A stretch of DNA of 64,000 bases from the NCBI GenBank assembly GCA_963693095.2, contig OY843768.1, positions 1 to 64,000 on the forward strand. Reading direction: 5' to 3'. This document shows, one piece after another, positions 20,163 to 30,469 of this stretch. The position numbers and the translations under genes are program-made. Positions within the stretch are counted from its first letter, which is position 1. The number at the start of each line of letters is the position of its first letter. Source of the DNA: Cenarchaeum sp. (GTDB taxonomy: Archaea; Thermoproteota; Nitrososphaeria; Nitrososphaerales; Nitrosopumilaceae). The notes beneath the pieces were generated by a model. That model did not search any database. It had not been told where the DNA came from and saw only the letters and a program-made list of their open reading frames with translations.

Positions 20163-20478
20163 TGTTTTATACGGAAAGGAGCGCTACCCATTTGAGTCCT
20201 CCTCCATCTACCCGGGATTCTCCACCAGGATCCGCCTGTCGGCCTTCCGCCTCCTGAAGGCCAGCAGGGGCGTCTCGCCGGCCTCCATGTCGAGGGCGAA
20301 GTGGAGCATCTCCTCGTTGTAGTGCCCGATGAACTCGGCGACCACTCCAAAGTGGTCGATCTCCGTCTCGAGCGTCCGGAAGAACCTCTCCACCTTTCCG
20401 TTGGTCGGCCTTCCGGGGGCTCCAGGATCTGCACCCGGCAAGCCATCTTGCCCCCGCTCCTCCTTTTCGTACAAGGCA
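20163..20478 (-). mobile_element. Internally deleted IS481-family element
   Basis: Ends TGTTTTATACGGAAAG...CTTTTCGTACAAGGCA like the element at 36454. Retains the transposase C-terminus TNGKVERFFRTLETEI. Confidence 0.85.
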
Positions 20479-20491
20479 GGCTGGCGGGGGG

Positions 20492-20800
20492 ATGAACAAG
20501 GTAATAGAGGACTTTGCCACAACGCAATGCTTTGCGATTGGCACAAGGTATGGACTCGACGACATGGGGTACATATTCAGCGACAGCCAGTCCGGCCCCC
20601 TCTCGGCAGATTTGGGCCTTGACCTCCAGGCCGTCAAGGAAGTCCAGATCGAGTCCCCCACGGGGCTCTTTGCGAGTCCGGGAGACGAGGCGAGGTTCCT
20701 AGAGGCAGTCAGGGGCAAGGACATCTACGAGCTCGGCAAAATGGCCAGGCTCCTAGTCATCGACGAAAGATGTCGCATAACGCCACTGAATTCTGAATAG
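20492..20800 (+). pseudogene. Family A paralog A5, 5'-truncated
   Basis: Near-identical to the 3' part of A9. The N-terminal part is missing next to the IS481 derivative, and an orphan promoter box remains at 20136. Confidence 0.85.
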
Positions 20801-21105
20801 ATCGCAGCCAAGTCAGATGATCGCAGCACAGACTGCCATTACGGGGCATTTTGGGATCGCGAGCCTTGTACGAAATGTAGTGGACTGGGCATTGTGTGCC
20901 TGCCGGGCACAGATCAGGGAGGGCTCGCTCGGGGTTTTCCGGGGCGGGCCAGTCTCGGGTTCTGGGGGGTACTCTCTGTGTGTGTTTTTTTGGGCTAGAT
21001 TGGAGTCTAGTCGTGGTGTTTGAGGGGGGGTACCCCCACGTGTGTGTGTGTTTTTTGTGCCTAGTCGTGTGTGGTGTTTGAGGGGGGATCTGGTTAAGAG
21101 GTTAG

Positions 21106-21253
21106 GGGGTCTGAGCTGGCCGTTTTGACCACCCCCCACACTCCTGCTCCCGGCAGGCCCCGTCCCCGGGGGATCCTCCAAAAAGAGGAGGGGCTCTGAG
21201 CTGGCCGTTTTGACCACCCACACTCCTGCTCCCGGCAGGCCCCGTCCCCGGGG
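21106..21253. repeat. Two-copy ~65-bp direct repeat following a TG-rich low-complexity tract
   Basis: CTGAGCTGGCCGTTTTGACCACCCC...CCCGTCCCCGGGG occurs twice. Confidence 0.8.
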
Positions 21254-21370
21254 AAAGATTCACAAAATCCGCATTATTGGGGCATGGGGGCATTGCGGCA
21301 ACTCGCTAGGCGTGGATTGGGTCTGAAAATAGGTCAAACTATAAAACAGGATTTGGTATAGGGGGGTGTG

Positions 21371-21877
21371 ATGAAAAAGCAACCCACCCGGCCCATCCCA
21401 ATGCTCGCTGACAATGAAAAGAGCATGGAGTTCCTCATAAAAAAGGTAGGCGACGACAAGGAAGAGATCGCCAAGATAAAAGAGTGGGGCAAAAAGCGAC
21501 AGGCTCGCATTGAAAAGCTCTGCGGCTTTGCCGGATTTCTCGAAAAGAACGGCATCCTCTACGTCAATGACGAGTCCATGAGCAGGATAGCCTTCGAGTT
21601 TGCCTTTCAGCACTGCATCGCCATAGCTAGCAAGCACGGATTTGACATGGGATACAGGTTCAGAGACAGCGAGTCCGGCCCGCTGGCCGCGGCCCTGACC
21701 ACTGACATTCATGCGGTAAAGCCTGACAGGTCGATAGATGGCCTCTTTGGCAGCATAGGGGACGAGGCGGACTTTTTGGAGGCCGTTGCAGGCAAGAGCC
21801 GTGGCGAGCTCGGCGTGCTAGCCAGGGAGCTAGTCATAGAGGAGGCACACCGCATGATCCTCCTGCCGCAGAGATAG
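21371..21877 (+). CDS. Family A paralog A6
   Basis: Family A signature. Confidence 0.88.
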   Translation: MKKQPTRPIPMLADNEKSMEFLIKKVGDDKEEIAKIKEWGKKRQARIEKLCGFAGFLEKNGILYVNDESMSRIAFEFAFQHCIAIASKHGFDMGYRFRDSESGPLAAALTTDIHAVKPDRSIDGLFGSIGDEADFLEAVAGKSRGELGVLARELVIEEAHRMILLPQR

Positions 21878-22283
21878 ATCGCAATCCAGATCGCAACACA
21901 ATGGCAGGCATTGTAGAGTATAGCGTCGTGTTGTCAAACCGCTGCCTTGTACGAAAAGTAGACCGGGCATGGGTGCCTGCAGGGCACAGATCCGGGAGAC
22001 TCGTTCAGGGTTCAGAGGTGGTCAGTTTCGGGTCTGGGGGGCACCACGGCGAGTCGCGCGCGTCTCACCAGGGATCCGCCCCCAATAAGGGCCAAAACGG
22101 GCCTGCATTGGCCATTCCGGGCGCTCCATATGCCCAACCCTTGGGGTGTGCCTATGGCGTCTATTTGGGGTTTTGCGGAATGTCAGTGTCAGGGAATGTG
22201 GACGAAATTACGGCGCCGGCTAGGCGTGAGCAGGGTCCAGATTATGTCAAAGTATAAAACAGGATTTTGCATAGAGCTGCGTG

Positions 22284-22790
22284 ATGACTGCGCAAGTACC
22301 CCGTCCTGACCCAATGCTCGCTGACAACGCCAAGACGATAGAGTTCCTCTTGGAAAAGGCAGGAGACGACCGGGAAGAGATCGCCAAGATCGAGGAGTGG
22401 GGCGCAAAGCGTGCAAAGAGGGTCGAAAGGCTCTGCGGTTTTGCCGGATTCCTCGAAAAAAATGGCATCCTCTATGGCACGGACTGGGACATGAGCAGGA
22501 TAGCCTTCGAGTTTGCCTTTCAGCACTGCGTCGCAATAGCCTCCCTGCATGGCTTTGACATGGAATACGAGTTCAACGACAGCCAGTCCGGCCCCCTGGC
22601 ATCAGACCTGACCCTTGACATTCATGCGGTAAGGCCCGCACAGTCAATAGGGGGGATCTTTGACAGCGTGGCCAACGAGGCGGACTTTTTGGCGGCCGTT
22701 GCAGGCAAGAATCCTGACGAGCTCGCCGAGTTGGCAAGGCGGCTAGTCATACCCGAGGCGCATCGCATGATCATCCTGCCCCAGAGATAG
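22284..22790 (+). CDS. Family A paralog A7
   Basis: Family A signature. Confidence 0.88.
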   Translation: MTAQVPRPDPMLADNAKTIEFLLEKAGDDREEIAKIEEWGAKRAKRVERLCGFAGFLEKNGILYGTDWDMSRIAFEFAFQHCVAIASLHGFDMEYEFNDSQSGPLASDLTLDIHAVRPAQSIGGIFDSVANEADFLAAVAGKNPDELAELARRLVIPEAHRMIILPQR

Positions 22791-23642
22791 ATCGCAATCC
22801 AGATCGCAACACAATGGCAGGCATTGTAGAGTATAGCGTCGTGTTGTCAAACCGCTGCCCTGTACGAAAAGTAGACAGGGCATTGTGTGCCTGCAGGGCA
22901 CAGATCAGGGAGGGCTCGCTCGGGGTTTTCCGGGGCGGGCCAGTCTCGGGTTCTGGGTGGTGCCCCCCGGCGAGTCGCGCGCGCTCGCCGGGGATCCGCC
23001 CCCAATAAAGGCCAAAACGGGCCTGTATTGGCCATTTCGGGCCCTATATGCCCCGCCCTTGGTGGCCGCCTATGGCGTCTATTTGGGGTTTTACGGAATC
23101 TCAGTTTCGGGGAATGTGGACGAAATTACGGCGCCGGCTAGGCGTGAGCAGGGCCCAGATTATGTCAAAGTATAAAGAAGGATTCCGTATAGGGGGGTGC
23201 GTTGGCCATGAAATCTAATCGCCCAATCCCAATGCTCGCTGACAATGAAAAGACCATAGAGTTCCTCGTAAAGAGGGTCGGCGATGACCCAGAAAAGCTA
23301 ACGGAGATCAGGGAATGGGGCCAAAAACGCCAGGTTCGAATCGAAAGGCTCTGCGGCTTTGCCGGATTCCTGCAGAAAAACGACATTCTCGATATCGACG
23401 GCAAGGAGATGAGCAGGATCGCATTCGAGTTTGCCTTTCACCAATGTGTCGCCATAGCTAGCAAGCACGGCTTTGACATGGAATACACGTTCAACGACAG
23501 CGAGTTCGGCCCACTGGCAGCAGCCCTGACCACTGACATTCATGCAGTGAGGCCCAACAGGTCAATAGAGGGGATATTTGGGAGCGTGGATAACGAGGCG
23601 GGCTTTTTGGAGGCCGTTGCGGGCAAGAGTCCTGACGAGCTA

Positions 23643-24742
23643 TACTGACGAGCAAAAGTTCGTGCCATGATCAAACTTTCCCGACCCGCATGCTATATGG
23701 ATCGCCCCTCCCCACGCCCCGCATGGAAGGCCAAGAGCTGGAAGCGTTCCGCAGGGCACTCCGCGACGAGAGGGACGGCGACGTCAGGTACAGGTTTGCC
23801 GCGGTCAACATGCACGAGAACCGGGGGATGACGCGCGAGGAGATCGCACTTGCGCTCGTGCAGTGCCCCAGGTGGGTCGGCAAGTGGGTCGCGCGCTACC
23901 GGAGTGGCGGTGTCGAGGCCCTGCGGGACCGCCCCCGCCCCGGCAGGCCGCCGCTGGTCGCGCGGCAGAAGCTTGGCCGCCTGATTGGCCGAATGCCCGG
24001 GCGCGTCACGCCCGCAGAGGTCATGCTGGAGATCGAGCGGGCCGCCGGCGTGAGGTTCCACATGTCGCACGTCAGGAAAATAATGCGCAGGGCCGGCCTC
24101 TCCGCCAAGCGGACGCGCCTGGTGCACGTGAACAGGGCCGACGGGCCGACTGTCGCCGGCTGGCGGCGCCGGGTGCGGCGCGAGATAAGGCGCCTCAGGC
24201 GCGCGGGATTCACCATCGTAGTGCAGGACGAGACCATCGCCGTGCACGGCGCAGCCGACGGATCAAAGTACTGGTCGCGCGTGGGCGTCCCCGTCGTCGC
24301 CCCGTACACCGGGGGACACAGGAGGGTCGTGGTGTACGGCGCGATCTCCACTGACGGGAAGCAGATCTTCCGGGTGCACGACAGGTTCGATGCGGAGACG
24401 TTTGTCGCGTTCCTGCGCGACATGCACAGGAAGTTCGGCAGGGTCGCCGTGATCGTCGACAGGGCGCCGCAGCACAGGGCCGCGGCGGTGAAGGACTATC
24501 TTCGCGCCCACAGGGCGGTGAGGCTGATCGAGCTGCCCACCGGCTCGCCGTACCTCAACGCGATCGAGGAGGTGTGGCGGCAGGCAAAGCGGGCGCTGCT
24601 GGTCTCCGAGCACTACCCCACCATGGGGGAGATGCGGACGGCGGTGTCACGGCACTTCAGGCACACGAGGTACCGGCTCGACGTGATGGCATACCTGGGC
24701 CGGACGTCGCTGGAATGCGGCACGGACTTTTGATCGGCAGTA
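23643..24742 (+). mobile_element. IS630-family insertion sequence
   Basis: TIRs TACTGACGAGCAAAAGTTCGTGCC / GGCACGGACTTTTGATCGGCAGTA; TA duplicated at 23641-42 and 24743-44. Confidence 0.93.
23690..24733 (+). CDS. IS630-family transposase
   Basis: HTH region with RPGRP; DDE motifs VQDET, IVDRAPQH and SPYLNAIEEVW. Confidence 0.93.
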   Translation: MLYGSPLPTPRMEGQELEAFRRALRDERDGDVRYRFAAVNMHENRGMTREEIALALVQCPRWVGKWVARYRSGGVEALRDRPRPGRPPLVARQKLGRLIGRMPGRVTPAEVMLEIERAAGVRFHMSHVRKIMRRAGLSAKRTRLVHVNRADGPTVAGWRRRVRREIRRLRRAGFTIVVQDETIAVHGAADGSKYWSRVGVPVVAPYTGGHRRVVVYGAISTDGKQIFRVHDRFDAETFVAFLRDMHRKFGRVAVIVDRAPQHRAAAVKDYLRAHRAVRLIELPTGSPYLNAIEEVWRQAKRALLVSEHYPTMGEMRTAVSRHFRHTRYRLDVMAYLGRTSLECGTDF

Positions 24743-24907
24743 TAGGTGAGCTGGCCAGGGAGCTAGTTATAGAAGAGGCCCATCGCATGATCATCCTGCC
24801 ACAGCGATAGATCGCAATCCAGATCGCAACACAATAGCAGCATAAAGTATAACGCCGTGTTGTCAAACCGTCGCAAGTTTTTTTAGTCGGGGCAATATCG
24901 CCCCGCC

Positions 24908-25513
24908 ATGGCTCCTCGACGCAAGGGACGTGATCTTTTGGACAGGCCGTTCGCCCTCACGGTGATCACAATCCTGTGCATCGGCACTGCGCTCGGAGCA
25001 GCGGCGCTACTCGGATATGTGCATGACTCGACAACACTTAGCCACGCATTTGGACTAATCTCAATGCCACTCGCCGTGTTTATCTTTCTAATTGCGCAAT
25101 ACCTCAACTCGCGCATGCGAGACCTCAGGGCATACATGCTTTGAGACGCAGACGAGAGGAACATGGCGCATATGTCGTCCATTGTCAACCTGTGCAGGGC
25201 GCAATTGCTAGGCGCGCTGCACCCTGGTGAGGGCTCTCCCGGATCACTCAACACCGGCACGATGCGCAGTCTTGCCGCAGACATTGGGATGGTCAGGGCG
25301 CAGTACGGCTATCTTCTTAGCAGAGGTGGCAAACAGTTTGCAACCATGGCGCGAGACTCTGCGCTGGCCACACTCCGGACGGGCAGCTCGTGCGACTCTG
25401 TGGCACTATCTGACATGATCGACTTTCTGTCCGGTCTTGAGGGTGAGATGCTGGATCTGGACGGCCCCGAACTCGTGGCGCGCCGAAAGGACGCGTCTGG
25501 AACCGCAGACTAG
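24908..25513 (+). pseudogene. Family B paralog B5 with an in-frame TGA (25142-25144)
   Basis: Close paralog of B4, which has CGA at this codon. Confidence 0.85.
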
Positions 25514-25661
25514 CCCACTCGTGGCAGGAACCTGTTGTGGGAGCCAATCCCCGGTGCCAAAACCACAAGGCGCGTTTGGGGGCATTATGGCGCCGCCATG
25601 CGTGAATCAGGCCATAAAATAGGGTCATATTTTAAATCAGGGTTGAGCACTGTGCTCTCTG

Positions 25662-26177
25662 ATGACTGCGCAAGTTCTTCGACCTGACCCAATGCTCGCC
25701 GACAATGAAAAGACCGTAGAGTTCCTCATAGAGAGGGCAGGAGATGACAGGAAAAAGATCGCCGAGATCGAGGAGTGGGGCAAGAGGCGACAGGCTCGCA
25801 TTGAAATGCTATGCCGCCTTGTTGGGCTTCTCGCAAAGAACGGTGTCTTTGGGCGTGCCGACAAGAGGATGAACAAGGTAATAGAGGACTTTGCCACAAC
25901 GCAATGCTTTGCGATTGGCACAAGGTATGGACTCGACGGCATGGGGTACATATTCAGCGACAGCCAGTCCGGCCCCCTCTCGGCAGACTTGAGCCTTGAC
26001 CTCCAGGCCGTCAAGGACGTCCAGACCGAGTCCCCTACGGGGCTCTTTGCGAGTCCGGGAGACGAGGCGAGGTTCCTAGAGGCAGTCAGGGGCAAGGACA
26101 TCTATGAACTCGGCCGCATGGCCAGACTCATCGTCATCGACGAGAGATGTCGCATAACGCCACTGAATCCTGCATAG
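25662..26177 (+). CDS. Family A paralog A9
   Basis: Family A signature. Confidence 0.88.
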   Translation: MTAQVLRPDPMLADNEKTVEFLIERAGDDRKKIAEIEEWGKRRQARIEMLCRLVGLLAKNGVFGRADKRMNKVIEDFATTQCFAIGTRYGLDGMGYIFSDSQSGPLSADLSLDLQAVKDVQTESPTGLFASPGDEARFLEAVRGKDIYELGRMARLIVIDERCRITPLNPA

Positions 26178-26587
26178 ATCGCGGCCCAGTCAGATGATCG
26201 CAGCACAGACTGCCATTAGGCGGCACTTTGGGATCGCGTGCCTTGTACGAAAAGTAGTGGACTGGGCAGGAATGCTTGCCGGGCACAGATCCGGGAGACT
26301 CGTTCAGGGTTTCAGGGGCGGGCCAGTCTCGGGTTCTGGGGGGTGCCCCCCCCTGCGAGTCGCGCGCCCTCGCCGGGGATCCGCCCACAATAAAGGCCAA
26401 AACGGGCCTGTATTGGCCATTCCAGGCTCCATATGCCCAACCCTTGGGGGTGTGCCTATGGCGTCTATTTGGGGCTCTGCGGAATGTCAGTTTCGGGGAA
26501 TAAAGGGGAAATTACGGCGCCGGCTAGGCGTGATCTGACACTCTAAATGGCGCACATTTAAAGAAGGGACTGTTGGCGAGCTGCGTG

Positions 26588-27085
26588 ATGAGCGCGACAA
26601 CTGTCCCCCACAACCCCATGCTAGCTGACAACGAAAAGACGGTGGAGTTTGCAAAGGGGTTTGCCGGCGGGGACGAAAAACAGATCGCCGAGATAGAAGA
26701 GTGGGGCAAGAGGCGCCAGAGGCGCATCGACAGGCTCTGCCTCTTTGTCGGCTTCCTCGAGCAGAACAAGTTACTAAGGAAGGACGGCAAAGAGTTGGAG
26801 GGGATTATGCGCGAATTTGCCGCCACGCAGTGCTTTGCGATCGCCACAGTCCATAATCTAGACGGCATGGAGTACAAGTTCAACGACAGCCAGTCCGGCC
26901 CCATCTGTGCTGCCCTGCATCTTGACTTTGAGGCCGTCAAGGCGAAAAAGCCGCCCACAAGCCCCTTTGCGAATCCCGAGGACGAAAGGAGGTTCCTAGA
27001 GACAGTCAGGGGCAAGAACCCCCATGAGCTCGGCAGAATGGCTCGATCCCTAGTGATCAAAAAAAGATACCGCAAATACGACTAG
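26588..27085 (+). CDS. Family A paralog A10
   Basis: Family A signature. Confidence 0.88.
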   Translation: MSATTVPHNPMLADNEKTVEFAKGFAGGDEKQIAEIEEWGKRRQRRIDRLCLFVGFLEQNKLLRKDGKELEGIMREFAATQCFAIATVHNLDGMEYKFNDSQSGPICAALHLDFEAVKAKKPPTSPFANPEDERRFLETVRGKNPHELGRMARSLVIKKRYRKYD

Positions 27086-27188
27086 TGTGCGGGCGCGCCC
27101 GGCAGTTTGCGTGCCCTGCGCGACTATTGACGTCACGCTGCCAGCAGCACGCCAAACTTTTTTTAGCCGGCGCTAGTGTGCGCGCGCC

Positions 27189-27803
27189 ATGGACACGACG
27201 CGTCATCCACGCGAGGCCAGGGATGGCACAATTGGCGCAACTGCGATCATGATCGCCATCGTTCTCGCAACACTCGCCGTTGCGGCTCCTGCGAGGCTTG
27301 TGCGTGACATGGGAACGTTGGGCGATCTATTTTCCATACTTGCGCTGCCAATAATGCTGGCGGTGTTTTACATCGCCCAAAGGCTGTACTCTGGGGCACG
27401 GCGAGACAGGAAGCTCGTCCTGCTAGAAGGGGACCAGAGGGGCAGGAAACACGTAATGGACACCATTGACCTGTGCAGGGCACTCACACGCGCCGTCATG
27501 CAATCCGGCAAGTCAGACCGTGCCATTGCCAACATGTCCATGCTGCGCCATATCGCCGCCGACTTTGGAATGGTCATGGAACGACACGGACGCATATTCA
27601 GCGATGATGGCAAGATTTATGCCGAGCATATTAGAGAATCTGCACTAGACGCGCTTACGGAGGGCAACGCGTGCTCATATGTCACTCTGTCTCAGATTGA
27701 TGACAAGCTTGAAGTCCTCAAGGATATGATCCTGGACATTGACGACCCAGGGCTGGAGGATCGACGGTCTAGGGCGGCAAGCATCACGGATCCTGTCATC
27801 TAG
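27189..27803 (+). CDS. Family B paralog B6
   Basis: TM region nearly identical to B1; the cytoplasmic part has diverged. Confidence 0.82.
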   Translation: MDTTRHPREARDGTIGATAIMIAIVLATLAVAAPARLVRDMGTLGDLFSILALPIMLAVFYIAQRLYSGARRDRKLVLLEGDQRGRKHVMDTIDLCRALTRAVMQSGKSDRAIANMSMLRHIAADFGMVMERHGRIFSDDGKIYAEHIRESALDALTEGNACSYVTLSQIDDKLEVLKDMILDIDDPGLEDRRSRAASITDPVI

Positions 27804-27997
27804 CGTTTAGGGCATCCGTATCCTAACCGCCACATTCGAGAAAAACGGACTAGAGGCTGTCTGTGCGCGAGATGCCAGTACGGGTCATGGCCGCCGGCCG
27901 TGCTGTCATTGACGCCATGCGTGGCATTACGACACTAGGCGTGAATCGAGCCCCCAAAACGACCCACATTTTAAATCAGGGTTTGGTATATTGCTGC

Positions 27998-28663
27998 ATG
28001 ATGTCCGCGAAAGTTCTTCGCCCAAACCCGATGCTCGCCGACAATGCCAAGACGATAGAGTTCCTCATAGAAAGGGCAGGAGGCGACAGGGAAAAGATCG
28101 CCGAGATAAAAGAGTGGGGCGCAAAGCGTGAAAAGAGGATCGAAAGGCTGTGCCGCTTTGCCGGCCTCCTCGAGAAAAATGGCATTCTTTATGGCACGGA
28201 CAGGGACATGAGCAGGATAGAATTCGAGTTTGCGTTTCAGCACTGTGTCGCAATAGCTAGCAAGCACGGCCTTGACCTGGGATACACGTTCAACGACAGC
28301 GAGTCCGGCCCCCTGGCATCCGACCTGACCATTGACCTTTATGCAGCAAGGCCTAACCGGTCAGCAGAGACGCTCTTTGAAAACCCACAGGACGAGGCAG
28401 ACTTTTTGCAAGCCGTTGCAGGACGGAGTCCCGACGTGCTCGCCGAAGTGGCCAGGCTGCTAGTCATCCCCGAGACCCATCGCATGATCATCCTGCCACA
28501 GAGCAGATCAAAGATCACGAATCCGGCTAGAAATCTGTGGCGTTATTGCGGACCCGGAAAATGCGGCAAAGTTTCTAGCTCCAGTCAGTGGCAAGGCGTC
28601 TTTGCGCTTGGCAGGATGGCCAAGGCCATAGTGTTCACAAACGAACGGCGCACATACGCCTAG
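27998..28663 (+). CDS. Family A paralog A11; stop lost, reads into the remnant of another A copy
   Basis: Sister copies end CAGAGATAG, whereas this one has CAGAGCAG. The tail VFALGRMAKAIVFTNERRTYA resembles the A13 C-terminus. Confidence 0.8.
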   Translation: MMSAKVLRPNPMLADNAKTIEFLIERAGGDREKIAEIKEWGAKREKRIERLCRFAGLLEKNGILYGTDRDMSRIEFEFAFQHCVAIASKHGLDLGYTFNDSESGPLASDLTIDLYAARPNRSAETLFENPQDEADFLQAVAGRSPDVLAEVARLLVIPETHRMIILPQSRSKITNPARNLWRYCGPGKCGKVSSSSQWQGVFALGRMAKAIVFTNERRTYA

Positions 28664-28812
28664 TTCGGAAATGCCTGCCGTTTATGGGACGCGCTAGTTC
28701 CCGCCAGCAAACGCTATCGCCTGTGCCCCGCATGGCATTACTATATCGCTAGGCGAGAGTCAGCACTCCAACTAGGCCACACTTAAAGGGGGTATTGGGG
28801 CATGATTGCGTG

Positions 28813-29328
28813 ATGAGCGCGCAAGTTGCGTACCCTGATCCCATGCTAGCCGACAATGAAAAGACGGTAGCGTTCCTAAAGGAGTTTGTCGGCGAGGACG
28901 AAGCAAAGATCAAAGAGATCGAGGAGTGGGGCGCAAAACGCCAGGAGCGCATCGACAGGCTCTGCGGCTTTGCCAGCCTCCTTGAGCGCAACGACATACT
29001 AAAGGAGGGCAGCAAAAAGGACGGCAAAAAGCTGACGGGGATCATGCGAGAGGCTGTCATAGAGCAGTGCCTCGCGATAGCCACAAAGAGCGGGCTAGTC
29101 GAGATGGAATATAGGTTCAACGATAGCCAGTCCGGTCCACTCTGCGCAAGGCTGAACCTTGACGTTCAGGCCGTCAAGACGGTGCCCGTCAAGTCCCCCA
29201 CAGGCCTCTTTGAGAGTCCGGAGGATGAGGCAAGGTTCCTAAAGGCAGTCAGGGGCAAAGATGTCTATGAGCTCGGCAGGATTGCTCGCCCCCTGGTCAT
29301 CGAGCAAAGATACCGCATATACGGCTAG
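28813..29328 (+). CDS. Family A paralog A12
   Basis: Family A signature. Confidence 0.88.
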   Translation: MSAQVAYPDPMLADNEKTVAFLKEFVGEDEAKIKEIEEWGAKRQERIDRLCGFASLLERNDILKEGSKKDGKKLTGIMREAVIEQCLAIATKSGLVEMEYRFNDSQSGPLCARLNLDVQAVKTVPVKSPTGLFESPEDEARFLKAVRGKDVYELGRIARPLVIEQRYRIYG

Positions 29329-29394
29329 TGCGGGAGCATCGGGCAGTTTCCGGGAACGCCCTAGATCACATTTGCGCCACGTTCTGGCAAGCTT

Positions 29395-29622
29395 ATGGCG
29401 CAATATGGGCACGTATTCGGAGATGAAGGGGGGCTTTTTGCCGAACGCGTTAGGGAATTGGTGCTAGGTGCACTTGAGGAGGGCCGTCACTGCTCGAATG
29501 CCATCCTCTCTAACATTGATAGTAAACTTTTGGCCCTCAAGAGCGTGCTCCTGAATATTGACGACCTGTCTCTGGTGAACCGAAGGACGAGCGACGCCGG
29601 ATTCGGGAATCCTGTCCTCTAG
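29395..29622 (+). pseudogene. Family B paralog B7, C-terminal fragment
   Basis: AQYGHVF...IDDLSLVNRR; the TM part is absent. Confidence 0.75.
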
Positions 29623-29822
29623 TGTCCGGGGTGCACGGATCCCAGTCAACACACTTGGAAAAACGAACCAAAACCCGTCTGTGCACGAGATGGCAGTGCG
29701 GGACATGACTGCCAACCGTGCTGTCATTGACGCCATGCGTGGCATTACGATACTGCTAGGCGTGAATCGAGTCCCCAAAACACGCCAAATTTTAAATCAG
29801 GTGTGCCGATTCTGGCCATCTG

Positions 29823-30320
29823 ATGGTCAAGCTGCCTCCTCCAATCCCCATGCTCGCTGACCACAAAAAGACGATGGCGTATCTGATGGAGATGGCCGGA
29901 GAGAACGCAGAAGAGATCGCCGAGGTGGAGGAGTGGGGCAGGCAACACCAGAGGCGAACAAAGGCGCTGCGCCGCTTCGTCGCCTTCCTAGAGCAGAACG
30001 ACATACTGGTGGATGACGGCAAGATGAGGGGCATTATTGCCGAGTTTGCAGTAGAGCAGTGCTTTGCGATCGCCACAAAGTACGGCCTCGATGATATGGG
30101 ATACAAATTCCATAACAACCGGTCCGGCGCACTCACCGGTGACATGCCTGTTGCCCTCCAGGCAATCGGGCCGCTGCCAACAGAGCGCCAGACTGGCCTC
30201 TTTGCGAGCCCTGAGGATGAGGCAGAGTTTCTAGACACAGTTAGGTACAAGGACGTCTTTGAGCTTGGCAGGATGGCCAACGCCATAGTGCTCACAAACA
30301 AACGGCGCATATACGCCTAG
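29823..30320 (+). CDS. Family A paralog A13
   Basis: Family A signature. Confidence 0.88.
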   Translation: MVKLPPPIPMLADHKKTMAYLMEMAGENAEEIAEVEEWGRQHQRRTKALRRFVAFLEQNDILVDDGKMRGIIAEFAVEQCFAIATKYGLDDMGYKFHNNRSGALTGDMPVALQAIGPLPTERQTGLFASPEDEAEFLDTVRYKDVFELGRMANAIVLTNKRRIYA

Positions 30321-30469
30321 TTTGGCAATGCCTGCCGTTTACAGGGCGCGCTAGATCACACCAGCAAACACCATCGCCTGCGCCCCGCATGGAATTGCTA
30401 TATCGCTAGGCGAGAGTCGGCACTCCAAGTGGGTCACACTTAAAGGAGGTATTGGGGCATGACTGCGTG

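Larger units (their letters stand above)
23202..24810 (+). pseudogene. Family A paralog A8, interrupted by IS630
   Basis: Removing the IS and one TA restores ...KSPDELGELARELVIEEAHRMIILPQR*. Confidence 0.9.

Noticed and set aside
17859-25144. TGA recoding in B3 and B5
   Set aside because: The stops are at different positions, B5 is a simple CGA-to-TGA change relative to B4, and TGA is a normal stop elsewhere in the window.
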